From positions 13,813 through 64,736 of the forward strand of contig CAVKFY010000029.1 in the NCBI GenBank assembly GCA_963655775.1: a stretch of DNA of 50,924 nucleotides. Direction: 5' to 3'. Below, piece after piece: positions 9,128 to 17,756 of this stretch. The stretch comes from Alistipes communis. GTDB lineage: Bacteria > Bacillota_I > Bacilli_A > RFN20 > CAG-826. A program made the position numbers and the translations under genes. How positions within the stretch are numbered: the stretch's first letter is position 1; the number at the start of each line of letters is the position of its first letter. The notes beneath the pieces were generated by a model. It worked only from the letters and a program-made list of their open reading frames with translations. It searched no databases and was not told the DNA's origin.

Positions 9128-10051
9128 ATGGAAAAACGTAAATTTACTATTCCTCACCTAAAGGACAAAAGAGGGGGTTTCCTCAACTTTGCCGATTATC
9201 GTAATCCTTGGCATAAAGCGGGCTATGGCATGATCGTTTTCTTCCTTTGTTTGTTCTCGTTTATCGCTCTTTTCCCTATTGTCTATCTTATTGCCTCAGC
9301 TTTGAAAAGTTCTGGTGAGATTTATAGCTCGACATATACTTTTTGGCCTAAAGTATGGGATTGGGGAAAGGTTGCAACCATTTGGGGAAAGATTGATTTC
9401 ACTCGTTATTATTTGAATACTTTTGTCTATGTGATTGGTGCGGTTATATGTGCCGTATTCTTCAATAGTTTGCTTGCTTATGCGATTGCTGTAATAAAAC
9501 CTGTTGGCTATAAAATCATTGATAAGCTTGTTTTCCTTGGATATATGATTCCAGCCGTGTTGAATATTTTTCCTCTCATCAAGGAAATTAATGCCATAGG
9601 TCTTTTACAAGCTGATAGTGAATCTTATTTGATGTTCCTCTCTCTTTGGCTTTCTTTTGGGGCGAACGCATATTATTACACGTTATTCAAAGATTACTTC
9701 TCAAGACTTCCAAAATCTCTTGTTGAAGCGGCCAATATGGATGGAGCAGATCGTTTCCAAATCTTTATTAGAATAATTTTACCTTTATCAAAACCAATCA
9801 TTGGTATCGTTGCTATCTTTGCTATGACCGCATCTTATAGCGATTTCCTCTTGCCGTATTTGGTTTTGCAAAACAACAAACTCAAAACTTTGATGGTGGG
9901 TATATATGACATCGGTAACGCTGGAGATATTTTAAAACCTGAAGAATTCTTAATGTTATTGGTTCTATCAATCATCCCTCAAGTAATCATTTTCCTCATT
10001 TTCCAACACCAAATCATGGGTGTGGGAGCCAATAAAGGTAGTAAGGAGTAA
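9128..10051 (+). CDS. Sugar ABC transporter permease (MalG/UgpE-like)
   Basis: EAA loop EAANMDGADRFQIFIRIILPLS. Starts 2 nt after the upstream stop. Confidence 0.85.
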   Translation: MEKRKFTIPHLKDKRGGFLNFADYRNPWHKAGYGMIVFFLCLFSFIALFPIVYLIASALKSSGEIYSSTYTFWPKVWDWGKVATIWGKIDFTRYYLNTFVYVIGAVICAVFFNSLLAYAIAVIKPVGYKIIDKLVFLGYMIPAVLNIFPLIKEINAIGLLQADSESYLMFLSLWLSFGANAYYYTLFKDYFSRLPKSLVEAANMDGADRFQIFIRIILPLSKPIIGIVAIFAMTASYSDFLLPYLVLQNNKLKTLMVGIYDIGNAGDILKPEEFLMLLVLSIIPQVIIFLIFQHQIMGVGANKGSKE

Positions 10052-10054
10052 ATT

Positions 10055-12316
10055 ATGGCTAAAATTCGTAACAAATATTTAGAAGTAGAATCATGGAGAG
10101 TTGTTGAAAAAGGCTTCCACAAAGACCGTAACCAGGTTAGCGAATCTATATTTTCTTTAGGAAATGAATATAGTGGAGTTCGTGGTTTTCTTGAAGAAGG
10201 AACAAGTTTGCCTTCTTTGATTGGCACATACTATAACGGAATTTTTGAATACTCTCTTGAAGAAATTCCTAATGCATATAAAGGGATTGCCAAAAAAAGC
10301 CATTTTACGATCAACTCTCCAAATTATTTGAAATGTGAGATTGTAATCGATGGAGAGAAATTAGATTTAGCTATTACATCTATATCTGATTTTGAAAGAT
10401 CGCTCGATTTTCGTAATGGCTTATTAAAAAGAAATTTTGTTTGGAACACGAAAAACGGAAAGAAGGTAGAAATGACCTTTGAAAGACTTCTAGGAATGAA
10501 GTCACCAGAGAATGCCATTCAAAGAGTCTCTTTTAAAGCGGATAAGAAAGCAGAAGTTCATCTTTCATTAACGATTGATGGAGGAATTCTTCACTGGGGA
10601 AATCATTGTTATTGGAATTTAGGCAAGATTATCGATAGTAAGGATGAATATGGTCTATTCATGAAGACAATTTCTACTCATCAGGCGATCGTTAGCATGA
10701 TGATGGTTGATTCGCCATTTACTCCTACATCGAAAAAGATCGAAGATAAATCGATAACATTAAATTACGATTTCTCTTTAAGCGAAGAAGAAATTACTTT
10801 CACCCGTTATGTTGAAAATCTTGTCGATAAGAAGAGCGATGCAAATGAAAGAGAAATGATTGATACTGCATCAAAGAATCTCTTGCTCTTAAAAGAGAAG
10901 GGTTTTGCAGGCCTTTTTGAAGAAAATAGTTCTTTTTTCTCTGATAGAATCAAAGAAAGCGATATTGAAATTGATGGAGATGATGAAGATCAACAAGGTA
11001 TCCGTTTTTGCCTTTTCAATCTTCAACAAGCCTATAACGGACTTGCGCCTGATAACAACATTGGCGCAAAAGGACTAACTGGCGAAGCCTATAGCGGGCA
11101 TGCATTCTGGGACAGTGAAACGTATTGCCTTCCTTATTATCTTTTTACAAATCAAAAAGCGGCCAAAGACCTTTTGTTATTCCGTTTCAATACCTTAGAG
11201 AAAGCAAAAGAAAGAGCAAAGGATCTTGATTGTGAAGGAGCTTGTTTCCCTATTGCAACAAGAAATGGCGAAGAAGCGTGCACTCTTTGGCAACACGCCT
11301 CAACACAAATTCAACCAACAACCGCTGTGGCATATGCTATTTTCCATTACATGAATCTTTATCAAGACTGGGACTTCATGAATAAATATGGGCTTAAGAT
11401 GTTATTAGAGATTGATAAGTTTTTACTTACCCGCGGGCAATGGAATCAAAAACATGAACATTTTAGCTATTATGGGGTAATGGGCCCCGATGAATTTGAA
11501 GTCATGGTAAATCACAACATGTATACGAATATCATGGCCAAGAAGACCTTTGAATATACTTTGTCTGTGTTGAATGACAAACGCATAGAAAAAGAAGAAA
11601 CAATGAAAGAGACTGGCTTTGATTCAGCAAAGCTTCAAGAAATGATTGAAGCAATGAATAAGATGCTAATCCTTTATGATCAAAAAACAAAACTATACGA
11701 ACAACATGCAGGATTCTATGATCTTCCACATATTAATGTAGATAAAATTCCTGTCACCGATTTCCCTTTGTATAGTCATTGGTCCTATGACCGAATTTAT
11801 CGTAATGACATGATTAAACAACCAGATGTTTTGATGTTCATCTTCCTTTATAACCAAGATTTTTCTTTAGAGGAAAAGAAAGCAAATTATGAATATTACG
11901 AGCCACGTTGTATCCATGAATCTTCTCTTTCTCCGAGCGTTCATAGCATACTTGCTCAAGAGTTAGGGAAAGAAAAAGAAGCACTTGATTTCTTTGGCTT
12001 TGCAACGCGCTTGGATTTAGATGATTATAACCGCAACACCTCAGAAGGACTTCATATGACAAGCATTGCAGCCGCATGGATGAATATCGTTTATGGCTAT
12101 CTTGGCTTAAGAAGCGATCGTGAAAAACTTTTAATCAATCCTACATTGCCAAGTCGTTGGAAACATTATTCAGTGAAACTAAATTACCATAACAGTCCTT
12201 TACGTTTAGATGTCTATCCATCTTTGCTCTCTATTGAAAATTCAGGTGAGCCAGTTTCCATAAAGATATACGGCAAAGATGTGATTGTTTCTGGAAAAAT
12301 GGAGATAAAAAGATGA
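10055..12316 (+). CDS. GH65 glycoside phosphorylase (kojibiose/nigerose/maltose phosphorylase family), paralogue 1
   Basis: 753 aa. GH65 hallmarks: GEAYSGHAFWDSE, catalytic-acid region GPDEFEVMVNHNMYTN, phosphate-site HESSLSPSVH. Confidence 0.85.
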   Translation: MAKIRNKYLEVESWRVVEKGFHKDRNQVSESIFSLGNEYSGVRGFLEEGTSLPSLIGTYYNGIFEYSLEEIPNAYKGIAKKSHFTINSPNYLKCEIVIDGEKLDLAITSISDFERSLDFRNGLLKRNFVWNTKNGKKVEMTFERLLGMKSPENAIQRVSFKADKKAEVHLSLTIDGGILHWGNHCYWNLGKIIDSKDEYGLFMKTISTHQAIVSMMMVDSPFTPTSKKIEDKSITLNYDFSLSEEEITFTRYVENLVDKKSDANEREMIDTASKNLLLLKEKGFAGLFEENSSFFSDRIKESDIEIDGDDEDQQGIRFCLFNLQQAYNGLAPDNNIGAKGLTGEAYSGHAFWDSETYCLPYYLFTNQKAAKDLLLFRFNTLEKAKERAKDLDCEGACFPIATRNGEEACTLWQHASTQIQPTTAVAYAIFHYMNLYQDWDFMNKYGLKMLLEIDKFLLTRGQWNQKHEHFSYYGVMGPDEFEVMVNHNMYTNIMAKKTFEYTLSVLNDKRIEKEETMKETGFDSAKLQEMIEAMNKMLILYDQKTKLYEQHAGFYDLPHINVDKIPVTDFPLYSHWSYDRIYRNDMIKQPDVLMFIFLYNQDFSLEEKKANYEYYEPRCIHESSLSPSVHSILAQELGKEKEALDFFGFATRLDLDDYNRNTSEGLHMTSIAAAWMNIVYGYLGLRSDREKLLINPTLPSRWKHYSVKLNYHNSPLRLDVYPSLLSIENSGEPVSIKIYGKDVIVSGKMEIKR

Positions 12317-14421
12317 ATGATTCTTTGATTGTCCATGAATTTAATCGTTCAAGTAGAATCGAAGAAGGAAATCGTTTTCTTATCGGTAACGGTCACCTTG
12401 GGTATCGTGGGCTACTAGAGGAAGAAAACAAAGCTTCCATGAAAGGATTCAATCTTGTTGGAGTCTATGATCGTTATCAAGACAAATGGAGAGAATCTCT
12501 TAATCTTCCAGATCCAATCCTTTTTAGAACGTTTGTGGATGATAAAGAAGAAACCGTTAATTCAACTGATCCGATAAAACATGAATTAGCATTAATCATT
12601 GAAGAAGGGTTATTGAGAAGAAAAAGTGAATTTCCTTCTTATTACGTCGAAAGTGAGCGTTTCCTTTCCAAAAAGCAAGACAATCTTCTTGCTGCAAAAA
12701 TAGAAATAAAAGCGAAAGAATCTAAGAAATATCATTTTGTCTTTGGCCTCGATTTAGATATTTACGAAATCAATGGTCCTCATTTCAAAGAAAAGAAGAT
12801 CACAAAAGAAGATGGTTTCCTTTTATTCGAAGGAAAGACAAATGAAAATAAAACGATCTTTGAAACGGTGAATTATTCTTTCAATAAAGGCAATGCAGCA
12901 TTTAATGAAGGTTTCTATGAAATAGATGCTTTCTTAAACAAAGACGAATCTTTCCAATTGGTTATTTATTCGCTGGTGTTTGAAGAAAAAACTGATTTTA
13001 AAAAAGAAATCAACGAAGTAATAAAAGATGGATACTTAGCCAAAAAAGAAGAACATGTTAAAGTGTTTTCATCTTTATATCATCAAGCAAAAGTTGAATT
13101 AATCGGTGATAAAGATGGAGAAAAAGAACTTTCATATTCAATATATGAACTATTGATTTTGGGTGATGAAAATAGAGAACGCAGTATTCCTGCGCGTGGA
13201 GTTTCAGGACAAACTTATAAAGGAGCGATTTTTTGGGATACCGAAATATTCTTGCTGCCGTTTTTTGCCTTAAATGAGCCAAAGGTTGCTCGTAACTTGA
13301 TTATGTATCGTGTAAATACTTTACCAGGAGCAAAAGCTAAAGCGAAAGAATTTGGCTATGAAGGAGCCTTCTACTCTTGGGAAAGTCAAGAAAGTGGTCT
13401 TGAAGCATGCTCAAAATACAATGTCACAGATTACAAAACTGGTAAACCAATTAGAACTTATTTCAATGAAAAACAGATCCATATAAGTGCGGATATTCCA
13501 TATGCGATAGAAAAATACCTAACTATTACGGGGGATAATTCTATTTTTCGTGATGGAGCACTAAATGTTTTATGCCAATGTTCATTGTTCTTTTTAAGTT
13601 ATGCAAAGAAAAGAGAAGGTGGTCTTTATCATATCGATGATGTCATTGGTCCAGATGAATATCACGAAAGAGTGAATGATAATGCATTTACAAATTACAT
13701 GGTCGCACATGCTTTACGTTTTACAATCAAGACATTAAAAAACAATATGCATCTAATAGAAGAATCCGATGAAGTCCTCTCTAAATTAGAAGACTTCTTA
13801 GCAAATCTTTATCTACCTAAGCCAAATAAAAATGGGGTTATAGAACAATTCGAGGGATATTTCCAAAAAGAAGATTGCTCTTTAGAAACGGTTAAATCTC
13901 GTTTAAAAGATCCAAGACAATATTGGGGAGGAAAAGATGGACCTGCATCTGGAACACAAATAATCAAACAAGCAGATGTAGTGGCAATGCTTTCGCTCTT
14001 AGGTGATGAATTCCCTCTATCAATAAAAGAAACAAATTATAATTATTACTTCCCCCGCACAGAGCACGGCTCAAGCTTATCTAGCAGCATGTATTCATTG
14101 CTTGCTACCGAAATAGGAGAAAAAGAATACGCCTATTCGATGTTCAGGAAAAGTGCATCGATCGATCTATACGGCCCTCAAAAGTTATATGCCGGAGGAA
14201 TCTATATTGGTGGAACTCATCCAGCGAGTGCAGGAGGGGCATATCTTTCTGCTATATATGGATTTTCAGGTTTGAAAATATCAGATAATGGCGAAATATC
14301 TTGTTCTAATCAATTACCAAAAGAAATTTCTTCTTTGACCTACAAAATCAAGGTAAGAAATAAACTATATAGTATTCATATCAGCCAAAAAGAAAATAAA
14401 GTGGAGGAAATAAAACAATGA
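12313..14421 (+). CDS. GH65 glycoside phosphorylase family, divergent paralogue 2
   Basis: 702 aa. GQTYKGAIFWDTE, GPDEYHERVNDNAFTN, EHGSSLSSSMY. The ATGA overlap with the upstream gene indicates translational coupling. Confidence 0.8.
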   Translation: MNDSLIVHEFNRSSRIEEGNRFLIGNGHLGYRGLLEEENKASMKGFNLVGVYDRYQDKWRESLNLPDPILFRTFVDDKEETVNSTDPIKHELALIIEEGLLRRKSEFPSYYVESERFLSKKQDNLLAAKIEIKAKESKKYHFVFGLDLDIYEINGPHFKEKKITKEDGFLLFEGKTNENKTIFETVNYSFNKGNAAFNEGFYEIDAFLNKDESFQLVIYSLVFEEKTDFKKEINEVIKDGYLAKKEEHVKVFSSLYHQAKVELIGDKDGEKELSYSIYELLILGDENRERSIPARGVSGQTYKGAIFWDTEIFLLPFFALNEPKVARNLIMYRVNTLPGAKAKAKEFGYEGAFYSWESQESGLEACSKYNVTDYKTGKPIRTYFNEKQIHISADIPYAIEKYLTITGDNSIFRDGALNVLCQCSLFFLSYAKKREGGLYHIDDVIGPDEYHERVNDNAFTNYMVAHALRFTIKTLKNNMHLIEESDEVLSKLEDFLANLYLPKPNKNGVIEQFEGYFQKEDCSLETVKSRLKDPRQYWGGKDGPASGTQIIKQADVVAMLSLLGDEFPLSIKETNYNYYFPRTEHGSSLSSSMYSLLATEIGEKEYAYSMFRKSASIDLYGPQKLYAGGIYIGGTHPASAGGAYLSAIYGFSGLKISDNGEISCSNQLPKEISSLTYKIKVRNKLYSIHISQKENKVEEIKQ

Positions 14422-16202
14422 TTAAAGGATTGATCTTCGATTTAGATGGAGTGATTATCTCCACGGACAAATTTCATTATGCCGCTTGGAAAAAGATGGC
14501 CGATCAAGAAAACATTCCTTTTGATGAAAAGGTGAACAATCGTTTACGTGGGGTTTCTAGAATGGCATCTTTAGAAATCATTTTAGAGAAGGCCGCCAAA
14601 GAATACTCAAAAGAAGAAAAAGAAACTCTTTGTGAAAGGAAAAATGAGATATATCGTGAATCCTTGAATTCATTAACACCAAACGATTTAGATAAAGACG
14701 TTTTGTCTACATTAAATTCTTTAAGACAAAAAGGCATTAAACTCGCTTTAGGAAGTGGCAGTAAGAACGCCCCATTTATTCTTGAAAGAATTGGATTAGC
14801 TAATTTCTTCGATGAAGTAGTTGATGGAAGCATGATAACTCATTCAAAACCTGATCCAGAAGTTTTCCTTTTAGCTGCTAAAAAAATTGGGTTAGATCCA
14901 AGTGAATGTGGAGTTGTTGAAGATGCTAAAGCAGGCGTTGAAGCTGCTAAGAAAGGTGGTTTCACCTCTTTTGGGATATGTGATGCCTATGATAGCGAGT
15001 TCACGGATCATCCCTTAAATAAATTTTCTGATCTTTTAAAATATTTTACTAATGAACCACGTTTAAGAATTCAATCAATTTACAAGACATATCCAAACGG
15101 AGTAACGGCCGTAAAGGATTTCAATCTTGATATATATGATGAGGAATTTGTCGTTTTTGTCGGACCATCCGGTTGCGGGAAAAGCACGGTTCTTAGGATG
15201 ATTGGGGGCTTAGAAGACGTCACTGAAGGATCTATTTATCTTGATGGAAAAGATGTCACAGATGAAGAAGCTAAGAATCGTAATATAGCAATGGTTTTCC
15301 AAAATTACGCTTTGTATCCTCATTTAACCGTTTTTAAAAACATTGCTTTCCCTCTCGAAGTGGAAAAAATACCTTTCAAACATTTCTTTGATTTCAAATA
15401 TCGTAAGCAAAGAAAAGAAGAAATCAAAAAGAAAGTCGAGGCAGCTGCAGAGAAGATTGGTTTAAGCGATTATCTCGACAGAAAGCCTGCTAACTTATCT
15501 GGTGGCCAAAGACAGAGAGTTGCTTTAGGAAGAGCAATTGTTCGTGATCCAGAAGTCTTCTTACTAGATGAGCCTCTTTCTAATCTTGATGCAAAGATGC
15601 GTGTTGCGATGCGAAGCGAGATAACCCGTCTTCATGACAAATTAAAAACAATCTTCATTTATGTTACCCACGACCAAGTTGAAGCAATGACGATGGGCAG
15701 CAAAATCGTTGTTTTGAAAGATGGAATAATTCAACAAATAGGCACACCAGAAGATATTTTCTTAAACCCTAAGAATCAATTTGTCGCTGGCTTTATTGGA
15801 ACTCCTCAAATGAATTTCTTTGATGCCAAAGTAAGTAAGAAAGATGATAGATATTTTATTTCTTTCTTAGGCAAAGAAGAAATGGAACTTCCAAAAGAAA
15901 GAATGAAGAATTTCAATGAAAGTTATTTAGATAAAGCAATCACCATGGGTATTCGTCCTAAAGCGATATCTGTCAATGGCGATTTACGTTACGAAGAACA
16001 AAACTTCAAAGCAAAGATCAATCTTTTTGAGCAATTAGGTGAGGAAACTTTAGTGTATGCCTCGATCGCTGGCAAAGAGGACGATCTAATCATTTCAACC
16101 GAAGGATTAGGACGATTCAAAAAAGCTGAGGAAATAAGCGTTTCATTCCGTTTGGACAATGTGTGTTTCTTCTCTAAGGAAAATGGCAAATCATTGCTTT
16201 AG
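14418..16202 (+). CDS. Fusion protein: beta-phosphoglucomutase (HAD) N-domain plus MsmK/MalK/UgpC-type sugar ABC ATPase
   Basis: Residues 1-~210 carry beta-PGM motifs (FDLDGVI, GSGSKNA, VEDAKAGVEAAKKGG). From ~215: Walker A GPSGCGKST, signature LSGGQRQRVALGRA, Walker B FLLDEPLSNLD, and a MalK-like C-terminal regulatory domain. No stop or restart at the junction (~15048-15062). Confidence 0.85.
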   Translation: MIKGLIFDLDGVIISTDKFHYAAWKKMADQENIPFDEKVNNRLRGVSRMASLEIILEKAAKEYSKEEKETLCERKNEIYRESLNSLTPNDLDKDVLSTLNSLRQKGIKLALGSGSKNAPFILERIGLANFFDEVVDGSMITHSKPDPEVFLLAAKKIGLDPSECGVVEDAKAGVEAAKKGGFTSFGICDAYDSEFTDHPLNKFSDLLKYFTNEPRLRIQSIYKTYPNGVTAVKDFNLDIYDEEFVVFVGPSGCGKSTVLRMIGGLEDVTEGSIYLDGKDVTDEEAKNRNIAMVFQNYALYPHLTVFKNIAFPLEVEKIPFKHFFDFKYRKQRKEEIKKKVEAAAEKIGLSDYLDRKPANLSGGQRQRVALGRAIVRDPEVFLLDEPLSNLDAKMRVAMRSEITRLHDKLKTIFIYVTHDQVEAMTMGSKIVVLKDGIIQQIGTPEDIFLNPKNQFVAGFIGTPQMNFFDAKVSKKDDRYFISFLGKEEMELPKERMKNFNESYLDKAITMGIRPKAISVNGDLRYEEQNFKAKINLFEQLGEETLVYASIAGKEDDLIISTEGLGRFKKAEEISVSFRLDNVCFFSKENGKSLL

Positions 16203-16275
16203 TTAAACAACGTTTTGAAGAGTGTTCTTCATCTCTTTGATGCTATACAAAAAGATAATTATCAATAATTAAAAC

Positions 16276-16773
16276 CTATTTTTGACACTTAATTGAAACT
16301 TTGTTTTTATAGAAACAAACACCAAAAAGAAGAATATTCTTTATTCCAAGTTTGGTTAATTCGTCTTCATATCCTTGGGATTTTATTTGCTTTATCGCCG
16401 ATTCTGCAAAAACGTCCATTCTTTCTTTTGTAGTTCTTGTTTTTAAATGCTTAACCTCAATGACAAACCCTAATTCTTTTTGACTATTCGGTATTACTAC
16501 GATATCTGCTCTGCCTAATCCTGCGTTGAATTCGTTTTTAACGTATGCATCTTCAAAAATAACAGCTAGAGTAGTTGATAATAATATCTGATAATTCTTT
16601 TCTGCATTCATTTCAAAAGAAGAAAACACAGAAAGCAAATAATCTTCTAATAGTTTTTCTAAATCCGCTGAGTTGCCATCTTGAAAGGCTTTCTTAAGTT
16701 TATAAACAAGTGGGATTTGTTTGTTTTTGAGGTATCTAGAACGAATCTCTTTTCTAAATACAGTTTTTATTAT
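16276..16773 (-). pseudogene. PD-(D/E)XK nuclease-family (PDDEXK_9-like) gene separated from its start codon by an IS200-type insertion
   Basis: Nuclease motif GRADIVVI...FVIEVKHLK (D...ExK). The frame stays open upstream of the listed TTG start as far as 16791. A candidate RBS (AAGAGG) plus ATG sits at 17489-17502 on the far side of the IS. Confidence 0.55.
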
Positions 16774-17488
16774 GTGGACCGAAGGGACAACCTAAAACCG
16801 CCTGCTATGCGGGCGAGACTTGAATAAGCCGTGGCGGTGATGAAATAAAAGTCCTCCGAGGGCACAATTGCATTGTTCAGTTGCCCTTGGCCCAAGGAGG
16901 ACCTTTAAATTATGCCACATAAAACCGATGAAGTGTCTAGTTTGTCGCACACGAGATGGGACTGCAAGTACCATATTGTGCTCGCGCCGAAGTACAGGAG
17001 GAAGGCGATATACGCCAAGCTCAGGAGCGACATCGGCAAATGCATAAGGAGATGCTGCATGTACAAGGGCGTCGAGATAATCGAGGCGCATGCCATGCCG
17101 GATCACATACACATGCTTGTACGCATGCCCCCGAAGCTCTCCGTTTCGAGCTTCATGGGGTATCTGAAAGGCAAGACGAGCCTGATGATATTCGACGAGC
17201 ACGCCAACCTCAAATACAACTATGGGGCCAGGCATTTCTGGTCCGAGGGGCATTACGTCAGCACCGTCGGTCTCAACAAGCAGACCGTCGCCAATTACAT
17301 CAAGAACCAAGAGCTCGAGGACCAGATAGAGGATCGTCGAAGCCTGAAGGAGTACAAGGACCCGTTCACGGGTAAGTAAGGGTGACAAGGGCAATTGGGC
17401 TATTTAAGAGGGCTAAGATTGGCCCTGCCAGTAATCGGCTTTATAGGCCAGATCGAAAAACCGCGCCTTGAAGACGCGGATTTTTATT
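16774..17488 (+). mobile_element. IS200/IS605-family insertion sequence (tnpA only); boundaries approximate
   Basis: A block of about 715 bp that is visibly G+C-rich within AT-rich DNA. Encodes a Y1/HUH transposase. Subterminal hairpins CGCCTGC-tat-GCGGGCG (left) and CCGCG-ccttgaaga-CGCGG (right, 17461-17479). No inverted terminal repeats, as expected for this family. Confidence 0.8.
16912..17379 (+). CDS. tnpA: IS200-type Y1 (HUH) transposase TnpA
   Basis: 155 aa: WDCKYHIVLAPKYRRK, HUH motif MPDHIHMLV, catalytic-Tyr region GHYVSTVG. Confidence 0.9.
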   Translation: MPHKTDEVSSLSHTRWDCKYHIVLAPKYRRKAIYAKLRSDIGKCIRRCCMYKGVEIIEAHAMPDHIHMLVRMPPKLSVSSFMGYLKGKTSLMIFDEHANLKYNYGARHFWSEGHYVSTVGLNKQTVANYIKNQELEDQIEDRRSLKEYKDPFTGK

Positions 17489-17514
17489 CATAAAAACCTC
17501 TTTTTAGTATTCTA

Positions 17515-17600
17515 CAACACAAAACAACACTAAACAACAAAATGGCAATCCCTGCAACACTCTGCAACATTCAACAACATCTTGCAACATCAAACAACAA
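17515..17600. repeat. Nine exactly 10-bp-phased CAACA(C/T/A) units (TGTTG on the gene strand) upstream of the interrupted PD-(D/E)XK gene
   Basis: CAACAY starts at 17515, 17525, 17535, (degenerate at 17545), 17555, 17565, 17575, 17585 and 17595. A -10-like TAGAAT (complement of 17509-17514) abuts the array. Confidence 0.8.
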
Positions 17601-17756
17601 ATTGTAAAGATTTCGATTTTAATGGTTTTAAACCATAATAAATATAGACTTTATCAAATGTTTTTTAGAATTCTGCTGTTTAATTCCGTTGCTTATGTCT
17701 AAAATTAACGACCTTTTTGTTATCATTAAGAACGTATTGATATTGGAGAGACGATA

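Noticed and set aside
16884-16900. RBS-sequestering hairpin in the IS200 leader (CCTTGG/CCAAGG overlapping AAGGAGG)
   Set aside because: The arms are directly adjacent, so realistically only about 4 bp can pair with a loop. This is too weak to claim, although IS200 elements are known to use such a mechanism.
16792-17394. 200-aa minus-strand ORF, plus the 139-aa and 63-aa ORFs overlapping tnpA
   Set aside because: Shadow ORFs created by the high G+C content of the IS. The plus-strand ORF carries all IS200 TnpA motifs and the others carry none.
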